Source: Amoebophrya sp. A120 (Eukaryota; Protista; Dinoflagellata). From it: DNA of 64,000 nucleotides. The notes under the pieces are model-generated. The model did no database searches. It saw only the letters and a program-made list of their open reading frames with translations, and was not told where the DNA came from. Below are positions 50,401 through 62,573 of the stretch, piece by piece; position 1 is the first letter of the stretch, and every line of letters begins with the position of its first letter. The stretch lies in the NCBI GenBank assembly GCA_905178155.1, contig CAJINV010000001.1, forward strand, positions 999,311-1,063,310, written 5' to 3'. The translations under genes and the position numbers were made by a program.

Positions 50401-50735
50401 TACAAACAACATCTGCATTTTTTTCCCGGTGAAAAAACGTCGTAGTTGATATGCATATCAGTTTAAAATCAAGCGACATGGGAAACAAGTAAAGAGAGCA
50501 AGTGCTGCACCTTGTCTTTGGTTTGCTTTTCTATTTCCTTTTGTATTGTCTCCAGCGCATCCTTGCAGTCGACGTTGTGGTCCGCCAATTCGGGTGTCTT
50601 GGTGTCAAATTCACCCTTCGCTTCACCCTTCAGTTTCTCGAACAGCGTTGTCAAAGTGGTGTACGCCGCGCCCGGAGCAGCCTGGACGAGCCCCGCCCCA
50701 GCAGAAGCGAGCAGCGCCCTGCGCGAAACCCGCAT
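47469..50735 (-). CDS. Secreted coiled-coil protein of a dinoflagellate-type family, spliced
   Basis: Signal-like N-terminus MRVSRRALLASAGAGLVQA; heptad-rich exons; C-terminal CKDYKSMYASRMEARK...EIDNLKKAKDAL; several GT-AG introns and 1 TIR intron. Confidence 0.7.
48134..48452. mobile_element. TIR introner family B
   Basis: Family B TIRs; DR TGGCG. Confidence 0.93.
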
Positions 50736-51297
50736 TGTATCCTGTCCTCTCAACTACCCGATAACTCTACCCCGAGCAACTGCCAATGCGGGGGTCTTCG
50801 AAATAAACGAGTAGTTGTAACAGTTGATTGTTGCGGGACGACCACACAAACTTGCAATGTGTTTTGAAAAAGGCAAGGAAAACGAAACAGTTGGATCTTC
50901 TGTCAGATCCCGGTTGATCGATCAGTGCGTCAACATAAGCACAGAAAAAATAAAGCACACTAAAAACGGCTCACAGAAGAGAACAACCTTGCCGCTTCAT
51001 CTTTATTGCCACCGTGCTTGCACTAGTTCCAAATTCCATAACCGAAAATGAGGTTAAAATGCAGAGCAGCTCACTGTACCCCTACGTGCTGCGCGGAAAA
51101 ATCCTTTCAGTCAGATCTTTAGATGTCGCGTCAAATGAGCCGCATTTCGAAACAACTCGTGAGGTCTTTAGATGTAAAGTTGTGCGCCAGTCGAGGTCTC
51201 GCTTTATTTTCCTAAATGATGAATGAGAACTTGCGATCAACAATGCCAAAGCGCGTCTTTTTCCACAAATATCAAAATCTGCTTTGTTATCCTATTT

Positions 51298-54277
51298 TCA
51301 CCACGTTCGCTTCCTTCGCCGCGCCGACTTCCGGTGTTTCGGAAGGGTAGCCGTCCGCCGGAGGGTTTCCCCCGACAGGCTGCTGGCCCGCCGCATCTCG
51401 TTTGGTAGGACCGTGCCGACAAAGGTCTCCAGCTCGTCGTACTGAACATGCAGACGCTGCAGTGCCTGCGACAGCTGCAGCGCTTCGAAGGGGGAGAAGT
51501 GGGACGCGACGTCCAAGTCGCGTCGCAGTTGTTGGACAAGCAGGTGGAGCAGGGGAGGGTGGGAAAACTGCACCTTGCCCATGGCATTTATGTACTTCAA
51601 AATATCGGCGGTGGACAGGAGCTGATCATCGTCTCGTCGTCCACCCGAAGCGGGTGGTAAAAATGCCGTTTCCGCCGCCCCGTACTGGCTGGTGCTGGCC
51701 GATGCTGAACCAGTACTACTACTAGAGAGCTGCTGTCCTCGTGGTCTCTCCTCGTAGCTATCTGCAGTTCCTGTGTTACCTCCGAGTGAAGGCGAACACA
51801 CAGCACGGCCTCGTCCGGGAGGCAGCCGCTGGAGTTGTAGTACACATCGGGAATGTAGCAAGTCTGCGATGCCCCGCAACAACTCCTCCTCGCAAACGTG
51901 GACCTTTCCGTATGCCTGGGCGACATTGACCCAGTCGGCCGTAGACACGAAGGTAAACTGGTTCCCGGATTATCGAATGCAAATAATGTGGCTGGGAAGT
52001 CCTCGTGTGGAAACTTCTGATGCTGAAATGCGGATGAGATCCCAGCTCTTGCAGCCAAGCATGACACGTTTTTGGACCGCTTTCTGATGCCCGGTACGCA
52101 TCACAGATTGCGCTTTCGCACGAGAAAGCAAGTGACTCTTTTGCTGCTCGTGCGTCTTTCATGAATGGAACACATGCATTTACAAGTTCCAACCCTGCAC
52201 ACCCTGAAATATTTGCAGCTGATACGGAAAACTCTTCCACCAAGTCCTCCAGCTCCTCTTCTTTCCGTTCCGCGGCCGTCCGTGTCTGCGCGGCCCGCCG
52301 GCGCAGCTTCCGCAACCCCTTCTGACTCTGGCACGGATCATCTTCCTGAGCAAAATTTATTCGAGTAGACAGGGTCGCGGAAAAGACGTCAGAGTCGGCG
52401 TGTCGTGATGGGGATGAGGATGCCCCGTCGGACAGTACGGTTTGCCCCTCCTGCGGCAGGAAGGAGCGGAACACGGGCCCGAAGTACTCCTTGAATAACT
52501 TCTCGTCCTTCACCTGGAACTTTGCCAGCCCCATCGCCAGATTCAGCACATGCTGGAAGGAGCAGTGGGAATTTCGAATCCCCTCCAGCATCCCGCGAGC
52601 CGCGTCCTGTTGCTTCACGCGCGCGCAAAGGCGCGCAATCAACACTTCGTTGACGACGCCGGCGCGGGCGAACGAGGTGATGGTCTGGCTCATAGCCGGA
52701 ATGTCGAACGCGTGAAGGTGCCGCCGAATCAGAATGCCCAAGCGGTCGAACACGTCCGTCGCGTGTTGCGACACACGAAACTTTGCAAAACCGTACGCGA
52801 GCTTAGATAACACGGTCGGAACGGCGGCCACGTCCCACACAGAACAACTCGTTGCACGAGGCTCGGTTTTGTTGTTCGTCGCACTGCTGGCAAAAGTACT
52901 TCTTGGTTTTCTGTTTCCCAGTAATGCCCCGTGATCGCTCCAAAGAAACCGATGCGCTTTCCCCCCGTACTGCGGGATGCAGAACGTCTCGCAGCTTTCC
53001 AGAAAGGCGGTGGGGTCCGCGAAATCTCGCAGACGGCACGCCACCCTATCTAACGCACCGCCGTCTTCTACCCGAAGTTTAGCCAACGCGTGCACCAGCT
53101 TCGCGCACTCGGGGACGGACAACCCTGTACAGTCTCGGAACCCGCCACGGAGAACACCATCGCGGAAAAGCCGCAGCACAGTGTTGAGCTGCAACACGGC
53201 CTCGTTATCTTTATGCGTTTCTCCGACAATCCGCTGCAGCTCGGCCAATCCCACGCAGGCATCCGCAATCTGCACCCGGTCCGCCTCGGTCCAGGTGGTT
53301 GTTGCGATTACGTTTTTCAGCCAGGGTATGTCGAAGAGCTCGGAGAAAATTTCCAGATTCGCACGTTCCGGATGTAGATTTCTTGTTTTATTCCGGTGTA
53401 AGGAATCCAAGCATCCTGCTTTCCTTTTCCAGTTCGAATACAGGGCGAAAACCTCGCTCCAAAACAAGGACGCTACTGCCGATGCGGAGGAAGAAGCGCC
53501 AGCGTCGGTCGCATTGGTGCAATTTACAGCATGTTGTAAGAACTGTTTGCGCATGAACCCCTCGCCCAGGGTCGTATCATACAAAGAAAGCCGGACGCAG
53601 TGAGCCCAAAAGTCAATTCCGAACTGCTGGCTCATCTCGGCCGCGTCTGGATCATTGACAAGCGAATCTTGCACCTTCAGCACCTGACAGTATGTGAGTG
53701 TAGTAGAAATTGCGGTGTAACTGATCGCGCCTCATCGTGAATACGTTAGAAGAACCTGATGAAAACGCACGCGTATACGTACCTGGTTGAAGAAGTGCAA
53801 GTAGGACTCCGCGCTCACTCCACTTTTGTCCCACTGTAGTGTCACAAGTAGAAAGTGCAGTCCCGCCCTGGCGTCGTATGCCGATGTGAAAAAAAGTTCG
53901 CGGAACCGACCCTGCAGCTTCTTCCAAAACGATTGATCTATCACTCCGGCCTTGTTTCCCGCGTGTGCCTCCCGCGCAAGCTGGGCGACGTTTTTGATTT
54001 CGCTAGGCAGCGTAGCTATGAACTGGTCCACACGGGAGGCGGGGTTTGCTGGCGTAGCCGTCGCTTGCCTGGACGAAGCCAAGCTCCGGTGCCCCGCTCC
54101 GGCCTTTGCGCCCGTCTCCTCGCAGCGGTGCTGCTTTGCAGCTTCCCTCGCCTGCAAGTAGCGAAGGTACTCCACTGCATCGCGACGGGCTTCGGGGGTG
54201 ACATGTGCCGCTGTACTAAAGTTACGGCGCCTCCACGGCATGCGGCCACGCGCTGCGGCGCGATGTCTCTGCAACAT
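51298..54277 (-). CDS. Helical-repeat (HPR/OPR/RAP-associated-like) organellar RNA-binding protein with putative mitochondrial presequence
   Basis: Repeated units LSKLAYGFAKF, MSQTITSFARAGV, VLNLAMGLAKFQVKDEKLF, WVNVAQAYGKV and ILKYINAMGKV; Arg-rich N-terminus ending RRNFST; one GT-AG intron (~53686-53781) and one TIR intron. Confidence 0.65.
51971..52224. mobile_element. TIR introner family A-like (diverged)
   Basis: Ends TATCGAATGCAAATA / TATCAGCTGCAAATA; DR CGGAT/CGGAA; removal gives EEFS|GNQFTFVSTADW. Confidence 0.85.
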
Positions 54278-55337
54278 GTCGAATAAGGCCACAACGCGGT
54301 GGCTTTCCGATCATTTTTTTCACTGCGTGGAGAAACCTCGCTTAACTAAGTGGGCTCACTTCCACAGACTCACCTACAGAAACGCTCCCTTCCATTGGTT
54401 GTAACGCATGAGAGGGGGGAGGGTCTGAAGAGGACGCAATACAACACAGCGCAATTATAATTGTTCACAAACAAAGCGATCGCGTTTCGTATCTCGAGCC
54501 TCACGGAAACACGAGTAGTGTGTGTTTGGGACAGATCGCTGCAAGTTCTACAAAGGAAGAACTCTTCGACAAATTATTTGTGTCTCCAGGCTGACAGACG
54601 CGAATACAAAGGACCTCGGATCAAGAACTGCATCGCGGATTTATTTCAGAAAAAATAAAATGGATAAAGTCACAGGTGCAACCGAATAGCTCTATCCGGT
54701 TGATACACGAGAAGAAGAAAAACCGAAGGCACAGGGAGCAGCATACTTAATACCGATAAAGCACGGAGCGAAGGAGCCGGGTTCGTGGGCGTTCACAAAA
54801 CGGACCGCATGAACTAAAACAGGAACGTTCCACCTGTCAAACTGGACAAATCCAGCGCACTAAGCGTGTAAACTCGCACGTCCCCAAGGATTCTAAGCAC
54901 ATCTGACCCAGCACACTTGCAAGGTCTAAAACCCGACACGAGCTCTTCATCTTTTTATCACGGGAAACCATAGACTCAAATTACACAGCTGCAACCTTAT
55001 CAAAACTATCGAAACAACACGCGCTATCTTCTGTACTGTAGTAAAACCATTGCTATCAGAGGAAAAAAGAACTTATACCATTGCTATCTGAACTACGGAA
55101 AAACCTTGAACTTCTGCTATCTGAACTACGAACATGAAATCTGAACTACAACTAAGTACGTAAAAATGAAAAAAATAAAATGAAAAAATAAAACGGTCTT
55201 CAACTCGGTGTCAAGTAAGGCCACGAAAGTTTGCTTGGAAAGTGCGCACCCAGTGGTCAAGTGCTGCTTCCTCTCGGGTGTGCTGTGACACGGGCGGAAA
55301 GTGGGTGTACTACCAAAAATCTTCAAACCTTCAGCAC

Positions 55338-58300
55338 TCAAAAGCCCTTCTTCGCGGAATCCAAAATGCAATCGCAGTCGTCGCCGGTCTTCTTGCTGAC
55401 CATTTTGTTGGACTTGCTATCCAGGATGCAGTCGCAGTCGTCCTTCTTTTTCTGCGCCTTCTCTTTCTGCACCACCATGGCCACGGTCTTCGAGGGTTGC
55501 TTGGAATCCAAAATGCAATCGCAGTCGTCTCCGGTCTTCTTGCTGACCATCTTGTTCGACTTGCTATCCAAAATGCAGTCACAGTATCCTGATTGAAAAC
55601 GTCCCCACACCAGAGCTCAAGATGGGAATTCTGCTAGACAAATCACACAGCTTTGGTTGTTTGGCATGACAGGTTTATTTCCCTCGTAGTGTGATCCTGT
55701 TTAGCTAGCTCAGAAGCATCACAGATCTAGCATAGCATGCTGATATCAGCATGACAAATCCCAAAACACGATTAGCAAATGCTTCTCACAGGGCTCCGCA
55801 TGAGAAACCATTTTGGCATGCAGAATTGCATGACAACTCTGGGGTGAGGATGTTTTTTCACGGGATACGCAGTCGTCCTTCTTCTGCTTCCTCGCCAGCA
55901 GTGGCTTTTTCTCCGCTGGCTTGCTCGGCGTGGCGCGATATGCATTGCAAATGTCGATCTGGGTCATGTCGCAGATCATATCTTTGCGAGATCATTAGTC
56001 ATGCCGGTCTGGCGTGAAGAGGACTCCGAGTTTTGTATTCCGTGGCTTCCTCGAAGAAATCTGTTGTTGCCTGTCCTGCAAATAAAGAACGTTCAACTAC
56101 ATTTCCGCAGCGTTTTTTGCTGACCAATCCCTGATTTATGCAACATCACAGAGCTTTTCCGAGCAGGACCCAGATGAACTATTTACACTTGATACGCGGA
56201 CCTGCAGGAAGGACTCCTCGTCCGAGCTGAGGATCTCCAGCGCGTCCTTCAACCCCGCGATCTCGGCCTCGCGCCGCTTCTGGCGCTCCTCGTAGCTCAT
56301 CGCCTTGTTGGCGCAGGCCTCCATGACCCCCTTCAAAAAGTCCGTGGCCGCCTGCAGCGCCTTGTTGGCCTCGGTTAAATCCTCGGACATCATGCCGATG
56401 CTCTCCTTCACGCCCGCCTTCTCCTGCGTCTTGCCCTTCACCTCGGCCTCCTTGGTGGCTTTCGCGACCTGGGACTCCTGCATAAACTTCTCATACTTCT
56501 CCACCGCGTCCGACTCTGCAGCCTCCGTCTCCTGCTTCAGCTTCTCAAAGTCCTCCTGGGCGGTCTCCAGAATGCTGATGATGGTGTTCGCGGCGTCGGT
56601 CTGCGGCTGCTGCAGAAAGCTGGTGCTCTTGCCGTAGAACTCGGACAAGGCGGTGATGGCACCGTTGATGGCCTCGACGGACTCAGCACTGTCCTTGATC
56701 ACCGCGTCATTCTCCTTCTTTTCCTATCAAATGCAAAACTACTGTCTGGTTCCGGAAAGTTGCAGTGCTCGAAGGCGTACTAGATGCTCAGCAAACTGCA
56801 ATATTACCCGACCAAGCATGACAAGTTTATGAGCTTCTGCGCTGTGGTGCGCATAATTCCGCATGGCAAGATGCGCAAGACCGGCAAGACGGTGCTTTAT
56901 TCGTGCATTTATTGCACCAAAGAACTCAAAGTCGTGTGAAATGAGCATGAGAAATTATTCGCTATCTTCCAGACCACCAAGACATGCTTTATTGCAATGC
57001 ATATTTCCTTCCCACGGATGGCCGTGCGCTCCTTGACGTCCGCGGCTAGCTCGGCCAACTGCGCCTCCAAATCGCTGATCTCCGTGCCCAGCTGCGCGAA
57101 CTTGGCCTCGGCGGCGTCGACCCGGCTCTGCAGCTTCTTGGACTCGCCCTTGCGGAGCTTCAGGTCCTTGGTGCCCTTCTCCTTGTCGGCCTTGCACTTG
57201 GCCTCCTTGGAAGCCTCCTTCGCCGCCTCGTCTTCCAACTTTGTGATCATCTCCTTAATCATGCCACGTACCTTCACAAACGGGTCGGCCTGGGCGCTGT
57301 TGGCGGCCTGGATCAGCGCAAATTGGTTGTAGGTGCGCCCCAGTCGGCGGAGCATCAGGCTCACCTTCGCGCGCTTCTGCGTCTCCTCGGAACCAACCTC
57401 GTCGGAAATCTGAAATTATAACCAAAGGGATTTTTATATGGTGGAAGCGAATTGCGATTAGAACTTCCCACAGGTAAAAAAAAAATTTTAAATTCAAATG
57501 CAATGAGCATGCCGTGGGTCTAATCTTCATGCCCTATCATCATATGCAGCGTCTGAAAAAAATGAGGAAGATGTAAATCGCAACACTTTATGACCGCAGT
57601 GATCGCTCAACGTGGTCTGTCAGATAAATTTCCAATACCTGCAAGAAGGATTCGCCGCCGAACTTGCCACTGAGGATCTCGATCGCCTGCCCGAGGGCGC
57701 CGGACTCCTGGGTGGCTTCCTCCTTCCGTGCGGCCCAGCTCTTGGCCTTGGAGTCGCACTCGGCCTTGGTGTTGGCCAGCTCCTCCGTGTCGGACTTCAG
57801 CACTTCCTCGGCGGACGCGAGGTCGCCGCCCGCGGTCTTACCCGCGGCCTCGGCCTTGGCCGCGTTCTCCTTGGCTGCTTCCATTTGTTCGGTTTTGCTG
57901 GTCTCCTGATTCTTCAAATCCTGCATCAGCAGCTCAAACTCGTGGCGGGCCTTGAGATCTTTTTCCCGAATACCAGCCAGAACCTCGGCGTTCTTCTCCT
58001 GCATGCCCTGAATCGCGTCCAAAGTTTATGGAGATGAACAAAACTGCCTCTTCGATAAGAAAGGAAGAGATTCTTTAGATTTGCCAATATTTTGTTTCCG
58101 AACTTCTTCATTATTCAATGCGAGAACAAAAGTTCATCGTTGGTCTCTCGTGTTGAACAAGGAAAACTACTCATGTTAATTTTAAAATACAACCCGCAAG
58201 ACAAAAGATTTCGCAACTATTATAACAGTTCCGTGGGTGATGTAGTTCTCGTTAAACTTAAAAGCAGTTGTTTTCAGTCGCATAGAATTCCGCCGGACTT

Positions 58301-60214
58301 GCTCTGGTAGCTGGACGACACTGCTTGCGGCTGGCCCAGTATGGCATTCTCAACCGTTACACTCTGAACTGTCACATGAATTTGTCACGCAAGACTACCT
58401 TAAGCCGCCAGATGATCAAGCGGCTTCGCATGACAAATCCCCGAGAAGCGAAGCAGCATCCAAGTCTGTGCCAAATCTGTGATGCGAAAGCAGCAAGCTT
58501 GCCCTACTTTTGGCTGTTGCTGTTCTTGCATCACAAATTCATGGAACAGTTGAGAATGCAACAGTTGAGAACGCCATACCCAGACGGAGCTCGTTCGACT
58601 CCTCCAGGAACGCCTTGATCTTTTGTTGGCTCTCCGCGTCCATCGCAACTGACTCGATGATGGTGGACAGTGCCGTGACGGCGTTCTGGGCTTCCCGAAC
58701 CGCCTTGCTGGACGCGATTCCGTCCGTCTGCGTGAAGGACAGGGATCGCTTCAGGACGGAGTATGCCTTCTGCAGCATGGTGTCGGCCTCCACTAGCTCC
58801 GCCTCTTCCTTTTGAAACGTCGCGTGGGCCTCCTTGCGTTTTCTATGCAGGGAAAATCCAACGACAATAAAAGTCATGCCGAACTGTAGCATGTGCCTTA
58901 ATCAACTCGAAGTAGAGTATACTACGCCTCATTATCATTTGATCCAGATTGTTCTGCTTACAGCTAGTGCTCCGCCCACGCACAAAGACCATGCGGTGCA
59001 GAATACACTTGTATCTCTATGCCGTTGGATTTCATTTTTCCCTTTGCGTACTCATCAGCAGCCTTTGTTTGCTCGCCCTGCAGTGTGGCAATCTCCGGAG
59101 TCAAAGTAGCAACCTGGAGGGAGAGTTGATGATGAGACTTTTAGATTTACAGCTGTTGGCACTCACTGTACTGCAAGTAGATCGTCGTAATTTCTTGCCC
59201 GATAATCATCCATCTCTTTCTGCTACATGTTTTTTATTCTGACAATCACAGTAGTTCTAGTTTCAATAGTACTACTTATATGCTGTTTCACTTTTTATTT
59301 CCCTATGAATAAAACTAGCGCAAAATAAATCTCAAGACCTCGTTCGCGAAGCCGGAGGCCTTTGCTGCTTCGTTCTCCACAGTTGCTTTTAACTCCTCAA
59401 CCTTCTCCCCGCCGTACTTCACGTCCGCTTCTCCTTCCGTGGTCGTTTTGATGCACCAATTCTCGAATTCCTCGGCCTCTTTGTCGCCGTCGGTAATTTC
59501 CTGTTCCACCTTCGTCTTCATGTCCGTGAGTAGAGAAATCACTTTTTTGATGCCGCTGTTGCCCGTATGGATTGCAAAAATGTCTGGGTCTGGAAGATTG
59601 CAACTTGTCATGCTAAATCCGACTCATGCAAAAATCTGTGTTGCATGAGTGCAAAAAGCTGCCCACTTTCGGCCAACTTGGGAGGGAGTTTCTCATGCAG
59701 GATAGGCATGAAAGAGACCTCGCAAGCTCTGTCATGCTAGGTCCCGCATTCCAGACCTCAAGGGCCATGGAAAACCTGCATGACAAGTTCACACTCTTCC
59801 AGACCCAGACATTTTTACATTTGATAGCCCGCTTCCGCCCGACTTTTCAGCGCGACCACGGCGCCCGTCGCGCCGGACGCGACGAGAATATCAAAATGAA
59901 AAATCCCCCCTCCCCATATCAAAACGGAAATCTGTGATGCAGATTTGTTGTCACAAATCAGCTTTGTAATGCTACACGGGAAAAGATGCGGACTGTAGTG
60001 CTGGGTGGCGTGGGGAAGCCTTGCATGTTCAGCATGATAGGAGGCAGCTGGGAGTGGGAAACAGCATGACAAATTGCCTGCAAATGAGGCCACGACTGCG
60101 GCTCTTGGCCTTCTAGCATGACAAGTCGATTTGTGACCTCAAATACAGCATCACAAATTTCGTTTTCGATATGGGGAGGGGGGATTTTTCCTTTCGATAG
60201 AGAACACGACGCAT
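55338..60214 (-). CDS. Secreted coiled-coil protein (dinoflagellate 'SFLQ'-type) with Cys-repeat C-terminal tail, spliced
   Basis: MRRVLVASGATGAVVA...SGIKKVISLLTDMK...FENWC, QPQAVSSSYQSKSGGILD, ADPFVKVRGMIKEMI, SYEERQKRREAEIAGLKDALEILS and several SFLQ motifs; 7 TIR introns plus GT-AG introns. Confidence 0.8.
55355..55584 (-). repeat. Coding tandem repeats encoding DDCDCILDS(K) units
   Basis: Four CDCILDS units and two KSNKMVSKKTGDD linkers. Confidence 0.9.
55585..55867. mobile_element. TIR introner family D
   Basis: DR CACAG/CGCAG (TGT/TGC, synonymous). Confidence 0.92.
55939..56194. mobile_element. TIR introner family A-like (diverged)
   Basis: DR CGCGA/CGCGG (synonymous); frame restored. 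Confidence 0.85.
56725..57003. mobile_element. TIR introner family A-like (diverged)
   Basis: TATCAAATGCAA...TTGCAATGCATA; DR TTTCC. Confidence 0.88.
58027..58284. mobile_element. TIR introner (highly decayed)
   Basis: Ends TATGGAGATGAACAAAACTG / TATGCGACTGAAAACAACTG; DR AAGTT/GAATT; removal gives SGGI|LDAI. Confidence 0.7.
58340..58578. mobile_element. TIR introner (singleton type)
   Basis: TIR TATGGCRTTCTCAAC; DR CCCAG; removal gives LRLG|QPQA. Confidence 0.9.
59566..59826. mobile_element. TIR introner family A
   Basis: Family A TIRs; DR GCCCG. Confidence 0.95.
59889..60199. mobile_element. TIR introner family B
   Basis: DR GAGAA; inserted after the fifth codon of the gene. Confidence 0.95.
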
Positions 60215-62573
60215 CCTTTCTGTCCAACTGGCTCTCGCGATGCGTTCCTCCTATCAAGTGGGGGCAGTAATTATCGTTATTGATTCTTATTTCATAATCT
60301 TCACGAGAAAATAAACAGATACCCGCCGCTAGAGCAGGCGACGATACGTACACCATAAAAATTTTGATTTCGTACAGACCAAAACTTTAGACCACATGCG
60401 CCCGAAACAAAGCCGCCCGCTTTCCACCGACAAACGATCCAACACAGTGGGGACGACGAGGACGCTAACAGGCAAAGAGGCAAAACACCAAAGAAACTGG
60501 GAGACGCAAAATAAAATGTGGTGGACACAACGACACAAAGAATGTGCGAAATATGGAAAACCGGATCAGACCATAAACTTTGTGAACCTGCTGTTACCTT
60601 CGCGAACACAAACTTTTATTGGAGTCCTTGCCAATCAATCTGTATGATCTGCGGCAAGCTCTCTAAACAGTCCCCGGGACGACTGGTGCATGAGGACTCA
60701 CTGTCACTTACAACTGTAATACAACACACAATTCTATGAAACTTCAAAGCGTGCGTCAGGTGGAAATGGAATGCGAAGCAGTGGGATGCGAAGCATAATT
60801 ACCACAGCAATTAATAGCCCGATTCAACAAACTCTACCGTGTCTTCAGCAACGACACGGCCCCATCAGAGCAGCCCGAAGCAGGAGACTCGCGTCATTTT
60901 GCCTATGCATTTCCGTTGTATTCTGTCCAAAATACGCATCTACATTGGACGGAGCCTAAAAGTTGTCCACTGCCGCAGTGCATCAAACATATCTTCGCAC
61001 TGGCGCCGAGTGTCTTGTTACTCATACCATCGATGTAGTACCCAGCTGTTTCAAACTAGTCGCTGCTTGCCAAGCTTATTATACAGTTTTAAAAAGTGAT
61101 ATTTAGCAAATACAGTTTTTACCGTCCACATTACACACACATGAAAACTTCGCTACTAGCTTCAACTTGCGCAGCACGCAGCTCTAATTCTCGCCGCAAT
61201 GGCGTGCATGCCGAAATCGAGTGCTAAAGATTAAGCAGACAGCGGCCGCTGCTCATCTCGCGCCACATCGTTTTGCAGCGAAAAGAAAGTAGTAAATACA
61301 AGCCAAAAATAAAATTCTACCCCGCGTGAAGAGCTAAAAGAAGAACCTGCACGAAAGAAATACAACAGCAACTGATATTGATTTTATATTTCCATGTCGA
61401 GACACAAAGATGCGGCCCTTCTTTAAAAAATATCACCTCGATCGAGAGGTACAGACGTCACAGTATTCGCTGTTGGGCCTTGTTATGACAAAACAGATTG
61501 TATTAGCTACTGCACTGCTTTCCGCGCCGCTGCAACCTGTGTACTCATTGGCAGGGACGGCCTTCTTTGCTACGTGCGTTTAGGACATTGGGAGAGAGAA
61601 ACTTTCGTGAATGAGAAATAAATAAACGAGATAGAAAGTATGTCAAAAAGTAGAAAATCAGGATGTACAGGATACAGCAAACCATTTTATCATAGGCATG
61701 AGCCATCCGATATAACAACTATTGCGACGTCTATTCGTATAATTCGAGCAGAAAAGTTACAAGTTTGGACCTTGCGAGAATGCTACAATAAAGTTTGGAT
61801 CATTGTCAGGCTTGAGAAGGACTACAAAACGGCATAAATAAAGGGGCCCGAGGTACATTTGAGTGTGCATTTGTATGATTTCGTTTCCGAAGCGCAAAAC
61901 GCATCAGTCTCACGGGATGCTCGTCCGTTGCCTGACGAGACAAAAGAGCATCGGCGCGAAGTTCCGGCTGACATATCGGCTACTCGGAACTGCTATTTCG
62001 AAAACACATAACAAACTTTAGTTCTTAAACTAAAATGACCCGCCCTTCGTGTCCTCCGTTCCCCGTGGTCAATGAGCATCCCGAGTACTAGAGACTTGTG
62101 TGCGATTAAGTTTAGTTTCCATTTGAAGAATTTGATTTTTCGCTTTTAAGTTTGATATACGAGTTCACGATAGAGTTTGGTAAAAGTTTGAATCGATTGA
62201 GCTCTTCTTGCACGACAGTCCGCGCGCTTCATTTTTGAATATTCCTGGTTTCTAATTAGCAAATGCAGCTTGAGGTGCAGTCAGTGTACTTAGCAGTATG
62301 GGAAACGAATAGTACGAAAAGAAACAAAAATACAAATTGGCGTTGTTGATGCCAGGACAGAAGGACCCTGGCGACAGCCTGCGCGCAGGAGAGCGCATAG
62401 GTACTAACTTCAATGGGTACTGACATTTTACACGATATACGGCGACAAGCTCCGGTGCGCGGCCATTGTTGTGGACATTTCGATGTTGCTCTGGAAAAGA
62501 ACCGCAACTACTCCAGTGATACATATTAACGTTTTATTTCCGAGCATGTCACCCAACCACCGCATCCTTATTT

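Noticed and set aside
51776-52224. C-terminus of the 635-aa ORF
   Set aside because: It is read-through of a decayed element; splicing links to the repeat-bearing frame of 51298-51948.
1487-60959. Plus-strand ORFs generally
   Set aside because: Antisense shadows of GC-rich minus-strand exons with no recognisable domains.
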